Positions 26,101 to 38,919 of a stretch of DNA of 64,000 bases are shown here, in pieces (the first letter of the stretch is position 1; each line of letters opens with the position of its first letter). This DNA is from Nemertoderma westbladi (Eukaryota; Animalia; Xenacoelomorpha), in contig JAUCBJ010005017.1 in NCBI GenBank assembly GCA_032718475.1, positions 516 through 64,515 on the forward strand, read 5' to 3'. The notes under the pieces are model-generated. The model did not search any database and was not told the DNA's origin. It saw only the letters and a program-made list of their open reading frames with translations. A program made the position numbers and the translations under genes.

Positions 26101-29100
26101 GCAGTGGTGCGCACCACTGAACAGGCATTTGAAGGGCTTGAGATGATCCCAAAAGCCTGGATGGTCATCCAATACTCCACCGGTTTCTGGTTGAGGTCTC
26201 CTTCCGGCCACCACAGAAATCGTAGGCTGTCTCGATCCCTATCCAGCGCCTTGACTTGTAAGAACATGCCTTCTATATCGGAGGCGAAAGCGATTGAATA
26301 TTGTCTTAATCTTAAGAGTATTCCCAACAAGGATTGGAGTAAGTTGGGTCCTGGTAACAACTCGGAATTAAGGGATTGGCCCATGTAGAGGGCGGAGCCA
26401 TCAAATACTACCCGTACTTCATGGGGTTTACCGGGTTTGGGAATGTAATGATGTGTTAGATAGTACGTTCTCTCAGTTATGGGTGTTTCTTCCGGTACTC
26501 GCTCCGCATATCCCTTGTTAATAAATTTCTTCAACTGAGTCTGGTACATTTCTTTAGCTGAAGCATTTGCCGTAAGGCGTCGATGTAGTTGAGCAATTCT
26601 TTTCTCCGCCAAGGGTCGGTTGTTTATGAATTTTGGTTTTCGCTTTCGGAATGGTAGACCGATTTCATATCTACCTTGACCTTTAAGAAAACGTGTAGTT
26701 GTCTCCTGGATCTGCTTGGCTCTTTCTTCTTCTACCGATAGGGCCTTATCGTAGGAATTGGGCTCTACAGCCTCTTGAGTAAAGAATCGTAAGGCGTGTT
26801 CATCCCGAGTCTTCGCGTTATAGCGCTCTATTACGTCATTCAGTTCATCGTTATAGTCAACTTGTCCTGATGGACGAATGAGTTGACATAGGTTCACTTG
26901 GTTTTGCCAAGTCTCGTTTTCCGTAAGGAGGTCGATGGTATTCTCCTCGTCGAAGAGTTGGTGGATATCGTCATTATCTGAGGAGTATGGTGTTCCCTCA
27001 GTTGGGTCGTCTACCTCACTGCTCTCCGCTTCCCATTCACTTACTTGGTATACCCGTTCTTTTGGTAACCTTTCCATGAGAGTTCTACAGGAAGGGCCAG
27101 TAAAGTACCAACCTACTCTAGTTCTTCCCACATAGGCTTGTAGTGGTTGCGGTTGAGCAGGCCGTTTCTCCAATGTCTCAAGCGCCTCATGCGCATTTTG
27201 GCCGATGAGTATTTGCACTCCAGGGTAATCTGTGTTGAATCTAGGTATATTAAGCTGCTGGGTGAAATCGTCCTCATCCCAGTTATAAGGTTTTACTTGG
27301 CTGGTAGCGAAGTTCTTTATCGCCACCATTTTTACTGACCTTATGCTGTGTTCTCCTAGTTCATCCTGGGGGGTGGACAACGCACCTACATAATAATCCG
27401 CTATTACTGTAGATTTCCAAACCTGCATAATTCCTGACATGTTTAACTTAGTTCGGAACTTGGGTTGTCCAGCAAAGATGTCTTCGGCTAGTTCTTTGTC
27501 TATGAATGTTCCTGTGCTACCGGAGTCAAGTAGGGCGTTCACTATATAACTCTTTTCAGGTCCGTGGACCCTCAACTGCACTACGGGAAATTCTCGGATT
27601 CCTACATTGGAAGTTGGTGCTTTCCAAGATGGTTGTCAGTCAGAATTAGTTAGGGGGAGCTCGCTGTCGGTGTCCTTTTCATACGTAAGTGCTCGATACA
27701 CTGCGGTATTTATCAGGTAACAGGATTCGTTTTCGTCGGAGAATTCGTCTGTATAGAATCCTTCCATCTCAGAACTTTGGTCAGTGTCGTTCACATCACT
27801 GAATTGGACATGTAGTTCGGACTCACTTACCTGACTCGGGCTGTTTCGTTCGAATTCAGTGTGCAACAAGATATGATGTTTTGCGCCGCACTTCGCGCAC
27901 CTTGCGTCGGAGTAACAGGTTCGCCGTTGGTGTCCTTGTCTGAGGCAATTATAACACAACCGCTTATCCCACATGACTTCCCGTCTATCCTTTAATGATT
28001 TCTTTAGGAATTCATCACACACATTCAAACGGTGGGGCCCGTCACACAGCGCACATTTCGGTTTGATGTTACTTACCTTATTTTGAGTAACGTTGTGCAC
28101 ACTCGTTCTTTCTTCGGGCTTTCTTACATGAATTCTCTTAGGAGACGTAGGAGGAGTTTTTCTTACCTGTTCTCTCCTGTCATTGGTTCGAGACTTGAAT
28201 TTACTTACGTCTTTAGGCGTTTTGTTGACATAATAAGATCTTTCAGTGTCTTTCCCGCTGTCCTCTTCTTGAGAAGCCTGGCTTTCGCCGTCGTCGGTAT
28301 AACGCACTGGTGTTACCTTTCTCCTAGAAACGGGTTTCTCACTTACCTTATTTTCCGGTGTCTTCTCTCTGGACTGCTTTAGGAGCTGTAATTTTACTTC
28401 TTCATCTTAGAATGACATAAGATCAGCCATGGTAGGGTCTCGTCATTGTTGTTCCATCATATATAACACTTTCTTATCCCATCGTGTACCCTACCACTAC
28501 TCCACCCTTCGGTATAGTAGAGGCCACGGCTCCAATAACCATAGAACTCTGATATTCATGAGACTTACCTAGCCAATCTAATTGTCTACAGATCTCCTGA
28601 ATCTCATCGGAAAACTCTATAATCCCGCTGCTAATGAACTTTCGGGGGGCTACCAATTTTGCATACAAATACCTAGCTATGTTATTCCTATTACCATACC
28701 TGATGTTTAGTGTATCCCAAACTTGTCTTAATCCATCTGGATGTCCAATAAACTTTAACGCCATTAACTTGGGAGATCCTTCCAAGCACTCGATGAGGAA
28801 TCTAAGTTTCTCTCCGTTAGATAGCACAGAGTTCTGTATGTTATCTTTGTAATATTCATTAAAAGGTAACCATTTCATCTCATCTCCATTGAACTTGATG
28901 ATCTCTCCCACCTTTACCGCTTGACGGGCTTCGGTTCTAGCCATTTGACGCGTAAAACTTTCTTGGGCCATCGTATTATTTAATATCGAGTTATCGGTAT
29001 ATAAATTTCTCGGATTATTATCAGGTCTATATGGAATATCATTGTCAACAGGTTTATAATTACCCTTAATAGGGGTTACTATAGGAGTTTCTACTTCACT

Positions 29101-31366
29101 AGCAGTATAGATGCGTGTAGGCTCCACACCTTGCGCATGAAATACTTCAGACCTAACAGGTTGACACATTGTTACTGGGGTTGGTGGTATACTCCTTTGA
29201 GTATTTACCAATTTGTCGCGTTCTAACGCGATACTCTGCTGCACCTCTTGCAACTCTAACCTACTTTCCCTTACTGTTCCCTTGAACTGCTGAACAGTTC
29301 CTTCCATCTCCCGGACCTGCTGAGAGGAGCACTTACGGTGTTCCCTCAGCTGCCCGAGCAGGAGACCCATCTCCCGTCGTCCCTCAGCTACCCACTCGAC
29401 CGCCGAAGCGGGAGTCGCCAATGTAGTAGCGGGTGAGCGAGAGACGACGGGCGATAAATTCTTGATATCTCGCTCGGCGTCCAGGACGGGTTCGGACTCG
29501 TGAACAGTCCTACTGGGCACAGGTAGTTTAGTACTGTGCAAAGGGAATTTAGAAGTAGGTTCTGGGAGTACAAGTGTCTCTATCACCGAAGGGGTGGCTT
29601 CGAGAACAGGCCTAATTATTTCAGGCTCATCTACTATAGTAGGGAGTCTTTCTATTTTAATTATTTGGTCTGTGGGTTCTGTACTACCTAAGTCTGTGCT
29701 AGCTAGTTGCCTTCTAACAGCTGGGGGCAAATCAGGCAATTTCTGACGGTGAGGCATTCTTCTATGTCTGCTTAGACGAGATCTATTTCCTCCGCCTTCA
29801 GGATCGGTGGTATCGCCTTCATCAGATGATGTATATCCCTGTCTTTTGGGAGTAGATCGACTCATCATCTGCATTTGACTAGCTGTTAACTGTTTATTTA
29901 TGCAGTCTTGATTCTCTTGAATATTTTCCAACTCTAGTTGGGTGGTCTCTTCAGACGCTCTCCGTTCTGCTTCTGCCACTGCTATCTTTCTTTCCGCTTC
30001 TGCTGCTTTTCTTTCCGCTTCTGCCACTGCCGCTTTTCTTTCCGCTTCTACTGCTGCAGCTACCGCTTTTGCTTCTGCCACTGCTGCTTTTCTTTCAGCT
30101 TCTACTGCTGCAGCTGCCGCTTTTGCCTCTGCCGTTGCCTCTGCCGCTTTTCTTTCCTTCTGCCGCTGCCACTGCCGCTGCTGCTGTCTTTCTGTCTTCT
30201 ATACGTTTTTTCTTTACTTGTTCTTCTTGGACTCTAGCGATGCGGAGTCTTTCATCAAATTTAGCTTGGTTAGCAGCTAACATTTCTGCATCGATTGCGT
30301 CCAACACAAGCTTGGCTCCTTCACTATTAGGGCGAAGTCCAGACAGCCGTCTCCTCAACTCTTCGTCTCCTAGGAATCGTTGATAGTCTGACAGATAGAT
30401 GTCAATAGCGTCCCTCGTCTGCGGTTTCTCTGCTGTCGCTTCGCTTTCCACGTGAGAAAAGGTAGCGTCTGTTGATTCTCCATGGGTTGAGCGCTCAGCC
30501 AGCTGAACTTTCCACTGGGCCGTTCCTTGAACTTTGAGACTCACCCGCTGAAACCAAGTCTTTACGGCAACTTGCAACGACGTGTCTTGTCTTCTTTTCG
30601 AAGCCTCCTCAAAGGCCGATAAGATTAGTCTGATTCTTAGAATTCTTTCTCTAACTTGATAAAGCAGCTCTCCCTGCTCTTGAGGTCCTTGGGGTTGTCG
30701 AAACAGTTGTTCCTCTAATCGCTCCAAAGAGCTGAAGAATCCCTGTACGTATCCTGCTGCCGACCTCTTCCATACAGCTGGATCACTGGTGTCTTTTGTC
30801 ACTCCCATCCTGTGTATGTCTTCCCAGGCAGCTTCCGATAAGTCAAACGGGAGTCCGGGTCCGGGGAAGTTCCATTGCGACTCGACAATAGACTTCAGTT
30901 CTTCCCTTGTGTATCCCGCATAACTATCCTTGGTCGATCGCTTACTTCTCGCCCAATCAATCTGGTGTTCCTCCACCGCAATCAATACCCTAGTGAGTAC
31001 GGCTGCAGGAAGGATGAGAAGGGGATCCGAATAAACCGCATCTGCCATCATTGCTCCGCGCTCGGGTGTCAGCTCTACAGTATCCGCACTACTGGAGCTG
31101 TCGGGCCGCTGAGAAATAAGTTCTCGGCTCGAGTGTTGCTGCTGTTCAACCTCTGCCTCTTGGTCCCTCTTGACCTGAGCTCGAGTGCCTATGATAGACC
31201 TATGGTGTTGGACTAGCCTAGGGTCTGATACTACTACTGGAGGGATGATCTTTCTTACAGTAGGAGGTGAGTTGAACTTCGGTCTCACACGTTCCACACT
31301 CCTGTCTGGGTCACAGATGGTTGTATCTAGGAGACTGTCTGACAGGTTTTGCTTTGTGTCAGACAT
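23157..31366 (-). pseudogene. BEL/Pao gag-pol polyprotein (about 2700 codons) with frameshifts and stops
   Basis: Ala/Glu coiled-coil repeats, DUF1759-like KFNGD..W..F..EKLRFL, knuckles CALC/CYNC/CAKC, protease LLDSGS, RT RVVFDGS..YMDD, RNase H HVFGDAS, integrase H-H-CIPC, DLFGP, SDKGTNF, WERL. The C-terminal RPVGRLCLLE lies past a TGA at 23331. Frameshifts near 30100 and 28500. Confidence 0.93.
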
Positions 31367-31499
31367 GTTTGTTTGTACAGTTGAATGCCTACTGCTATAT
31401 TACAGTTAAAACAAGTCTAGTAATTCAGTATCACTGTTAGCCTAGTAATTAATTACCAATATCGTTACTCTATGTAATGTGATATATATACAATATATT

Positions 31500-31752
31500 A
31501 GAGTACCGGTATATACTTATAGTATATATAAGTATTATTACAGACTAGGTTTGTCACAGAATACCGGTATGTAATTTCAGCGCAAATATATAACAATATA
31601 TAATAAGCCTATCGTGAATACTGGTATATAGCTTACACTTATAGTATATATAAGTATAATTACAGACTAGAATTAATTACAGAATACCGGTATATAATTT
31701 CAGCGCAAATATATTAATATATAATAAGCCTATCGTGAATACCGGTATATAA
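31500..31752. repeat. About 125-bp tandem duplication in the BEL 5' leader
   Basis: CTTATAGTATATATAAGTAT..CAGCGCAAATAT..AGCCTATCGTGAATAC occurs twice. Confidence 0.75.
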
Positions 31753-33255
31753 ATTATTTTAGAATAATTGAATTTCTGAATTTTAGGGGTTACTTGGTTA
31801 CTTTACTTTACTTTATTACCGTTATTTAAGCAGTAGTCCAACTGACATTAAGACCTAATTGTTGTATGACAGGCCTACTATTTTATAAATCCGTTTGAGT
31901 TGATTTATAATATATATACCCGTTTAATGGGTTTTTGTCAATATTTGAAATAAATGTTATTATTTCTGGGAAAGAGTCACTGCACAGAAGCTGTACGCTC
32001 TCAGTGAAGTGCTACTTGTTGGACACTAAAACAAATAATTCTAATTTGCCTAAGTTACTTAATACTACAAATTACGTACAATTCGGGGTGAGATTACAAT
32101 CTCTAAATAAACACAAAAATTACACGTACGAATTTTTAGGGTAATTTTACAAGAAGTTTACAAACCAGCCTAACAAAGGGTTAGAATATCTGGTTATTAC
32201 AAACAGACAGGATACTACGGTATTTGAAAATAACAAAGCAGTAGTAAATATACTGCGTTGTCCAGATAGGAAAAATACCACCATCTGACGACTTATAGCC
32301 CTATCGCTATAAGTACTACATTATGTATCACGGAGTGTTCCTACCTAGAAGTTAATTACCGCGGCCTACCAGAGCCAACGTGCCTATTAACCACTTTACA
32401 ACACAAATATACTGCCTACACACTAATTACCTTCGGAAAGCACTGTACACTAAACCCTAAATTAGGTACAAGTACTTATACAACAAATAATCAACAGTTA
32501 AAAATACTTGTACAGCTAAAAGAACCACGGTATCTGCCGGAGTGACCAAAGCATAAAATCTCCAGTCTTTACCTACGCCAAACAGCCCTGATGTAGTACC
32601 GGGGTTAATTTAACTATAACGGTATGTATAACAAGCACAATTACTGTAGGAATAAACTTGGGGTATGAATGTTGCGAATAATCGCATAAACTCTGAATAA
32701 TAAATATTACGCTACCCTTACAGACTATACAAACAAAATAAAAACCAAATGCTGGCAGACTACTATCAAGCCTAAACAAATTACAGTATATGCAGACTCA
32801 GAAATGGTTAGTTAGTATGCATTCTAACCGAGTAGTACGACTTATTCTTTCAGGGAGATTTACCTTACAGCACTGGATGCCACCCACTTTCCTAACTAGT
32901 ACTTTATCGGACATACACTCTACACACACTGCAATCCCTTCAGACTTAACAACAGTCAGACAACAGTCCAGCCTACAAATTACCTGTACAATCTGAGCAG
33001 GCTTACACGTCTTCTGCTCAATATTAACTTACAAATAAATAAAACTGACAGAAATAGGCCTAAGTAAAATCCCAATAAAAACCAGGCGTCCCCGATTAAA
33101 TATTAAGACCTACCGGTATATAATTATCAAAATCGAATAATACTGCTGTACCTGTACTGCAGTAAGTACCGGTCCGGGTGGTTAGGTAGTCAGGCCTACT
33201 GGTTACCGGTCGACCGGTACTTTAGTCTTTATTGCCTACGTCGCAATAAAGATCC

Positions 33256-33267
33256 TATAACTGTTAT
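33256..33267 (-). other. Non-tRNA-type primer-binding site candidate (ATAACAGTTATA)
   Basis: Abuts the 5' LTR end, has no TGG, and is the exact reverse complement of 34000-34011 inside the LTR. Confidence 0.55.
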
Positions 33268-34445
33268 TGTTCGCGCTTTCAGACCTTTAGCAGTTTAACC
33301 TGCCAAATTTAAGTGTCTTCTAGTTTATAAATCGACTTTAGCCTATGACGAGTATTTGATACACTACATTAGCCGAAGCCAGCCTATGCGCGACCATTCA
33401 CCCGCTGGATATACCCCGGAGACTGGATTCGGAAGCTCTGACCTTATTGCGGTGTAGGCCTACTGTATTATTCGATTGATCGTTAATATATAATCTCTGA
33501 CAAATATTATTCACTTTCGGGAAATATTAACAGTTCCTTTAGGACGTGGCGCTCTAAGTATATAGACAGAGTTATGACTTACACTAAGCACAACAGGATG
33601 GCTATTGATTCACGTATAAAGCGCATTCTTTTGGAGATGCTTTGTTATCTGTCACAATCATGCAAACTACCGCACAATGCTGCACACCGATCTGCTGACC
33701 TTCATTAATTTTAGTCACATATAAAGAGAACAGCAACCGACACATGTAGTGCCTATGAAATAGCATTAGATTCACTCCAAAACCAATATAATGTAAGTCG
33801 CAATTGCTATATGTAACCTGTCTCTTACCTTCAGTATATCAAGAAGATTGGGGTTTTATGATTATTTATCGATATTATCCAAATATAATAATATTCCATC
33901 AACTGATATAATTAATAATCGACAGTAAATAGCAGTAAAATAATGCGGTGTTTGTATGTGACAATATGATTTGATAGGTTTGATATGATATGATATGCGA
34001 TAACAGTTATACATTTCTATGATCAAAGCCTACTAATGTTTGGCTAAAGCCTGAAACACAGAAATATTCCACAGCCGGTCTTCTGGCATCAGGAAAAAGG
34101 TAAACATAAACCGTAATGCATTGCGCGATTTCGCGGAGGTTTCTGTACAAAGAACATGAGAATCGCTCTGATTGGTTGACCGAACAAAGAAACAAAGGAA
34201 AAGTTACACATGTACATATCAGCTGTTAGATGTCGTCATAGTAACTACACTGTATCAAGAGGATTTTGGCTTATTGCGACATAAAATCGCTAGTTATGTC
34301 CGCTAAAGTACTCATACAGAAGAAATGGCTTTTTATGTCCACTAAAACACCGGTACAGTAAGGAAACAGCTTTTTATGTCCGTTAAAACACCTACAGAGT
34401 ACTTTGCGGGGGAAATAACCAGCTAATTCCGCAAAAGCCTTTACA
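33268..34445 (-). repeat. 5' LTR of the BEL element (1178 bp)
   Basis: TGTTCGCGC...CCTTTACA, paired with 17298-18470; roughly 40-bp subrepeats near its outer end. Confidence 0.96.
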
Positions 34446-35959
34446 CTGGATTACGTTCTCTGTGACGCGAAAGTGTGAAGCGAATTCGTTGTCGAATTGG
34501 GTCGGAAGCTGCGGGAATTCTACTGTTCTACGGGTGTAAACCGCAGCGGTCCGGTGACTACGGACGGATACTACTGGGATAAGCAGGTATTTCGATCGAG
34601 TTTCTCGTATTCTCGATGCTCGAGGCGGATAGAGAGTTGGTTGTGTTGGGCGGTGTTGTTCAATTCTATTAAACATATTAAATAATTGGTAAAATAATAA
34701 AAACACACCAGATAAAGATACTGAGCTTATGGTAAAGAGATAGGCCGAACTTACAATTTCCAAATAGGTTGTTCATGTAATAAATATATTTTTGGTATTT
34801 GATTTCAAGATAGGTGGGGGGGGGGGGGGGGGGGGGAACTGGACACAATAAAAATTCATCCCTCTCCAGGGGAAATTGGACGCAAATAACAACAGCTGAT
34901 TACTCTCAAAAATAAAACTGTAACCTGTTCTATTGTGTTTACTTTATTGTTTTGGTTAAAATAACGTGCCACTGTAACCTGCTCCTTTCCCAAAATTTAG
35001 AAATTAATATTGAGGCGGGATATTAATTCGCCAAGATGGGATTTGCGTCCAGTCCCACCCCCCTCCTATCTCTTGATTTCACTAAAAAATAGAATACATT
35101 GCATTTTAATGTTATAATTACTGTATTGAATAAAATAATTAATTGATTGTTTATTAAACCGTGCTAAGCACGTTGAACTGGTGCTCTAACAATTCCCCAC
35201 TAGCGGCAGGCAGGAACTGTAAAAGTCTCTGTAGAATTTCTAATTAAGCAATGCTCTTAGGTAACTACGACTAAATTTCAGATGAATCTGATCTTTGGTT
35301 CTATAATTACAGCTATTTTTACGTTTCTGTTAATTCTCCCCCTAGCGGAAGACCGGGGAACTGTAGAAGTCTGTCTGTGTGTAGAATTTCTAAATTTTTT
35401 ATAGACTAGATGTGTACCAAGTTTGGTTCCATTTCATCCATGATTGACCGACTTATTAGCTTTTCAAACATTCCTGCCACAAACATAGCCAGAGGCAGCC
35501 ACAAACAAATAAAAGCTGCAGGAACTCGAGCGTTAATTAATTTATTAATTATTAAATACTGTTTCAATTAAATTCTTTACGAAAATCTAGTCATCTTCTT
35601 TTAAATATGGACCCTGCATTCATGGAAAATATAATATTTGATAATTCATCAGTCAGCCTACGCTAATTTCGCAGCAAAGTCCTTGCCATGGCCTGTGTGT
35701 AGTAGGCCATGGTACCACCCTACTACCGGTACCGGCTGACGGCGTGACCGGTGGCAACCAGCACTTCAGCACTTGCACAGCAACAGCACTACCGGCGATA
35801 CACAGGTTGAAATTTATGTAGAGTTTGCTCAACAGTACAGATATAAAATAGTTATCTAAATTATATATATTACTATTGACAAGTATTGAAATATATACCG
35901 TTATTCGTGTTATCAGTATTTGCAACATCTGACATTGAAGAGGTGAGAGAAGATCAATA

Positions 35960-36290
35960 CCGGCACTCAACAAAACCAACGCTTATCACAGGTCGGTATG
36001 GTTACCTCGAAACCGGCGCGACTGTCCACTCGAATACAACTTCAAAACACAAACGCCAACAATAAACTGAAAGCGAATCGAACGTCTTCAGAAGAATCTG
36101 TCATTGGGACGAAGAAAAGGAAGCCGAAACCACAGGTATGGACCACAGCTAAGATTGAATGCTCCCATTGTCAGAGTTCCTGGACCGAAATTGAAACACC
36201 AATTGCCGATGGGCTTGATCTCTCAAACCAAAACTTCCTCTGCGGGGTTTGCGCGGCAGTAAAGATTGAAAGTCTGGAAGCTGGCATCCC
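35960..36290 (+). mobile_element. 5' fragment of a LINE ORF1 (zinc finger followed by coiled coil, CR1/L2-like)
   Basis: ORF 35998: MVTSKPARLS..IECSHC..FLCGVCAAVKIESLE, then it decays into AT-rich sequence. Confidence 0.45.
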
Positions 36291-38919
36291 TAGGTATTAT
36301 TATTATAAAGAGCGTCAGCCTGCGTTTAATAAATATATTTTAATACAAAACAGGTCGAACGCAAAGAGGCTTATAATGAAGACGAGTACTGCATTGATTA
36401 TATTCCTATAAACCACCTGGCTTTGCATATTGAACGTGCGTTTGGAAATAAGTTCGTGCTACCCTTCCGTGGGTGGTAGATGTCGCGGTTATTTATTGGT
36501 GGGTTGGGGGAGGGGGGGGGGGGGGGGGGTGCAGATTAAAAGGGGTGAACACGTACTGTCCCCCTTTCATTGATTAATTGGTGGTGTGGGTTAATCTCTC
36601 ATAACCTGATTTTGTGATACAGTCGCACAATTTTAATTTGTATCTCATAACTAGGCCTCGTGCTGCGCGAAGGCCCCACGAACGTGTTAAATTGCCAAAG
36701 AGTGGAAAACTCCTCAACACGCATGACACACGAGGGCAGCACAGTTGCTTAACCGTTTGGATTATAATGTATAGAGTATAGATAGACTGATTAATACAAA
36801 ATAAATAAATTAAATAAATGCAATATTTGTTAATGAAATTATGTGTTGAAAATCTATTGATTGTTGTCTTGTTGATTATTGATGTCTATTGATTTTGTTG
36901 TATAAAATAAAAAATATATGTTGATTTTACGTATTCTTCATTTTATAAATCTTAATGGGGCCGTCAGACCGTTTTGATCTACTGTAAACTGTCTTATCGG
37001 ATTGAACTTTCACTCAGCCTTCGGGGGAAAATATTACCATTGCATTCAGCATCGCAGAAAACCTATAGAAATCGTTAATTTTGATTTTGTGGTAAATATT
37101 TCAATTTCATGAAAATTGAAAAATTTGCGCAGCACCTACTTTTTGGGTGCCTATCATTTTTTTCCACAATATCTCGCAAACTAAACAAGCTATGATGAAA
37201 CTGTGATGATTATGAAAAAATGATTTGAAATCCTGAGCGAATTTCGCATATAATGACTAATATAACGAATCAGTATTCAATTTACCCAAATTCGACAACT
37301 CCGCACACACACACGATCACAGATCGTTTTCAAATTTTGAATAATTTTTAAACTGAAAACACCAATATCTCGGCTATTTTAGTATCTTATTGATTTCTGT
37401 AAACGCCTTAGTGTTTCTGTGATATTATTGCATCTAATTAATCTGGTTTTGAATTTGAGTGGTGAACCCCATCCCATTGAAAGGGGAAAGTTTAGTATTC
37501 TAGAATGATTGTATCCTCATAATGTTCATGCGATACACCACAGGAGCGGCGAGCGGAAGCAGCAAACGGCCATGGCGAGAGGTCACTTTCACAAAAATAG
37601 AAGACATTTTTTTAAATGGGTGATGATACACCACTGCCGCTGCAGCCCAATGCCCTTTTAGAACTTGTTCTAGTTGTTGAGCGGCGAGCGTCGGCGGTGA
37701 GTGGCTTCTGTGTTGTTCACCAATGAAAAAGATTGGAGCTGATCGGAAAGGAAAAAACTGGTGGCTATTTCGTGTTTTTTTTTCACTTTTTTCTTTGTAC
37801 TGTACAAACAACAATTCAATTCAATTTCTGTTTATAACTACAACATGCCCAAAAGAGCCATTATTGTTAGATATTACAAGTAAACAAACTGAAGAAAATA
37901 CTAAAGAATGTAAGGCCGGTAAACCAGTGTCAGCAGTACGGTAAAGATATGCACGTATTGTAATTTATAAAGTAATGTACATAGAACATGAACACATAAA
38001 TATAAAACAAATGAAAAGTTACCCGAAACCGCGTTCTAATGTGGTTGTAAAATTTTAACGCGCCGTTGGGACGCCTTTGCCAAAAAAATTGCCAGAGATT
38101 TGATTTTTTCGATAGAGTTTGAGCCTACTAAGTCTTTATTCCGATCCGATTAATAGCATCCGAATTATGGAAACCCCAAACTTCACAGGAGTACATTAAT
38201 ATAGGACGGATAAGAGAATAAAACAGATGCAGCTTAAGTTTAAATGATACAAGCTGGCAAGCCTGGAAGGTTCACGGTCCTCCTACTTAATCAGTACAAT
38301 AATAATACGTTTTCGTTCGGGTAGGCCTATGTTTCCTTTTCACTTGTTCCCATCGTAGGCGACCTCATGCTCATCCCACCACGACCACGACCACCAGTTA
38401 CGAGTTGGGTAGGCGTCTACCGGCAACCGGTAAGTAATTACGCGCCACACGACGTCATCCCGCCATCCGCCAACATTTATACCGGTACGGTAAGCCTACC
38501 ACCTACCGGCTGGCTACCATCGCACCGTAGGTCTACCGCCTACGCCTACCGGTCAACCGGTAACGGTAGGCTACCGCGTACCGGTACAGCGGTACTCAAA
38601 GTCGTACCGGTATTGTCGTAATTGACAAATGCAGGATTAAACCGTTACCCGTTCCAGTACCAGTACCCTATGCATCTGAACGACTGGACGGTTAATCTCA
38701 TAGCATAGCTGCATAGGCCTACTGGTAGTCAGTGCGAAGTCGCCTGCGAACATGGCGAAATATTATATTTACTGCTAGGGCTAGGCTAGGACCTACTGCT
38801 GTACTGACCTATGACAGTATGAAGATAGGCAGATAGGCCTACAGTGGTCAGGTAGTACCGGTCCGGTATGCCTACTACAGGCAGACAATCAGACAGTACT
38901 AGCAGTGCTAATTAATTAC

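Larger units (their letters stand above)
17298..34445 (-). mobile_element. Full-length BEL/Pao LTR retrotransposon (17,148 bp)
   Basis: Two TG..CA LTRs, 5-bp TSD CTGGA (17293-17297, 34446-34450), domain order gag-PR-RT-RH-IN with three Gag zinc knuckles. Confidence 0.96.
16836..34675 (-). mobile_element. Probable solo LTR (about 690 bp: 16836-17297 plus 34451-34675) split by the BEL insertion
   Basis: TG..CA imperfect inverted ends (TGTTTTAGCATTGAAC and GTTCAATTCTATTAAACA), flanks CATT and TATT, minus-strand AATAAA about 30 bp from the left end. Confidence 0.45.
16684..35711. mobile_element. P-element-like (or hAT-like) non-autonomous DNA transposon, about 1.9 kb, now expanded to 19 kb by nested insertions
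   Basis: About 62-bp TIRs starting CATGGCCTACTACACACAGGCC with 1 mismatch (16684-16745, 35650-35711). 8-bp TSD GTACCACC (16676-16683, 35712-35719); a 10-bp TSD reading GGTACCACCC is also possible. Confidence 0.78.

Noticed and set aside
29938-30383. Plus-strand low-complexity ORFs (poly-Cys/Phe, poly-Ala, poly-Leu)
   Set aside because: They are antisense shadows of the AAVAEAERK repeat in BEL gag.
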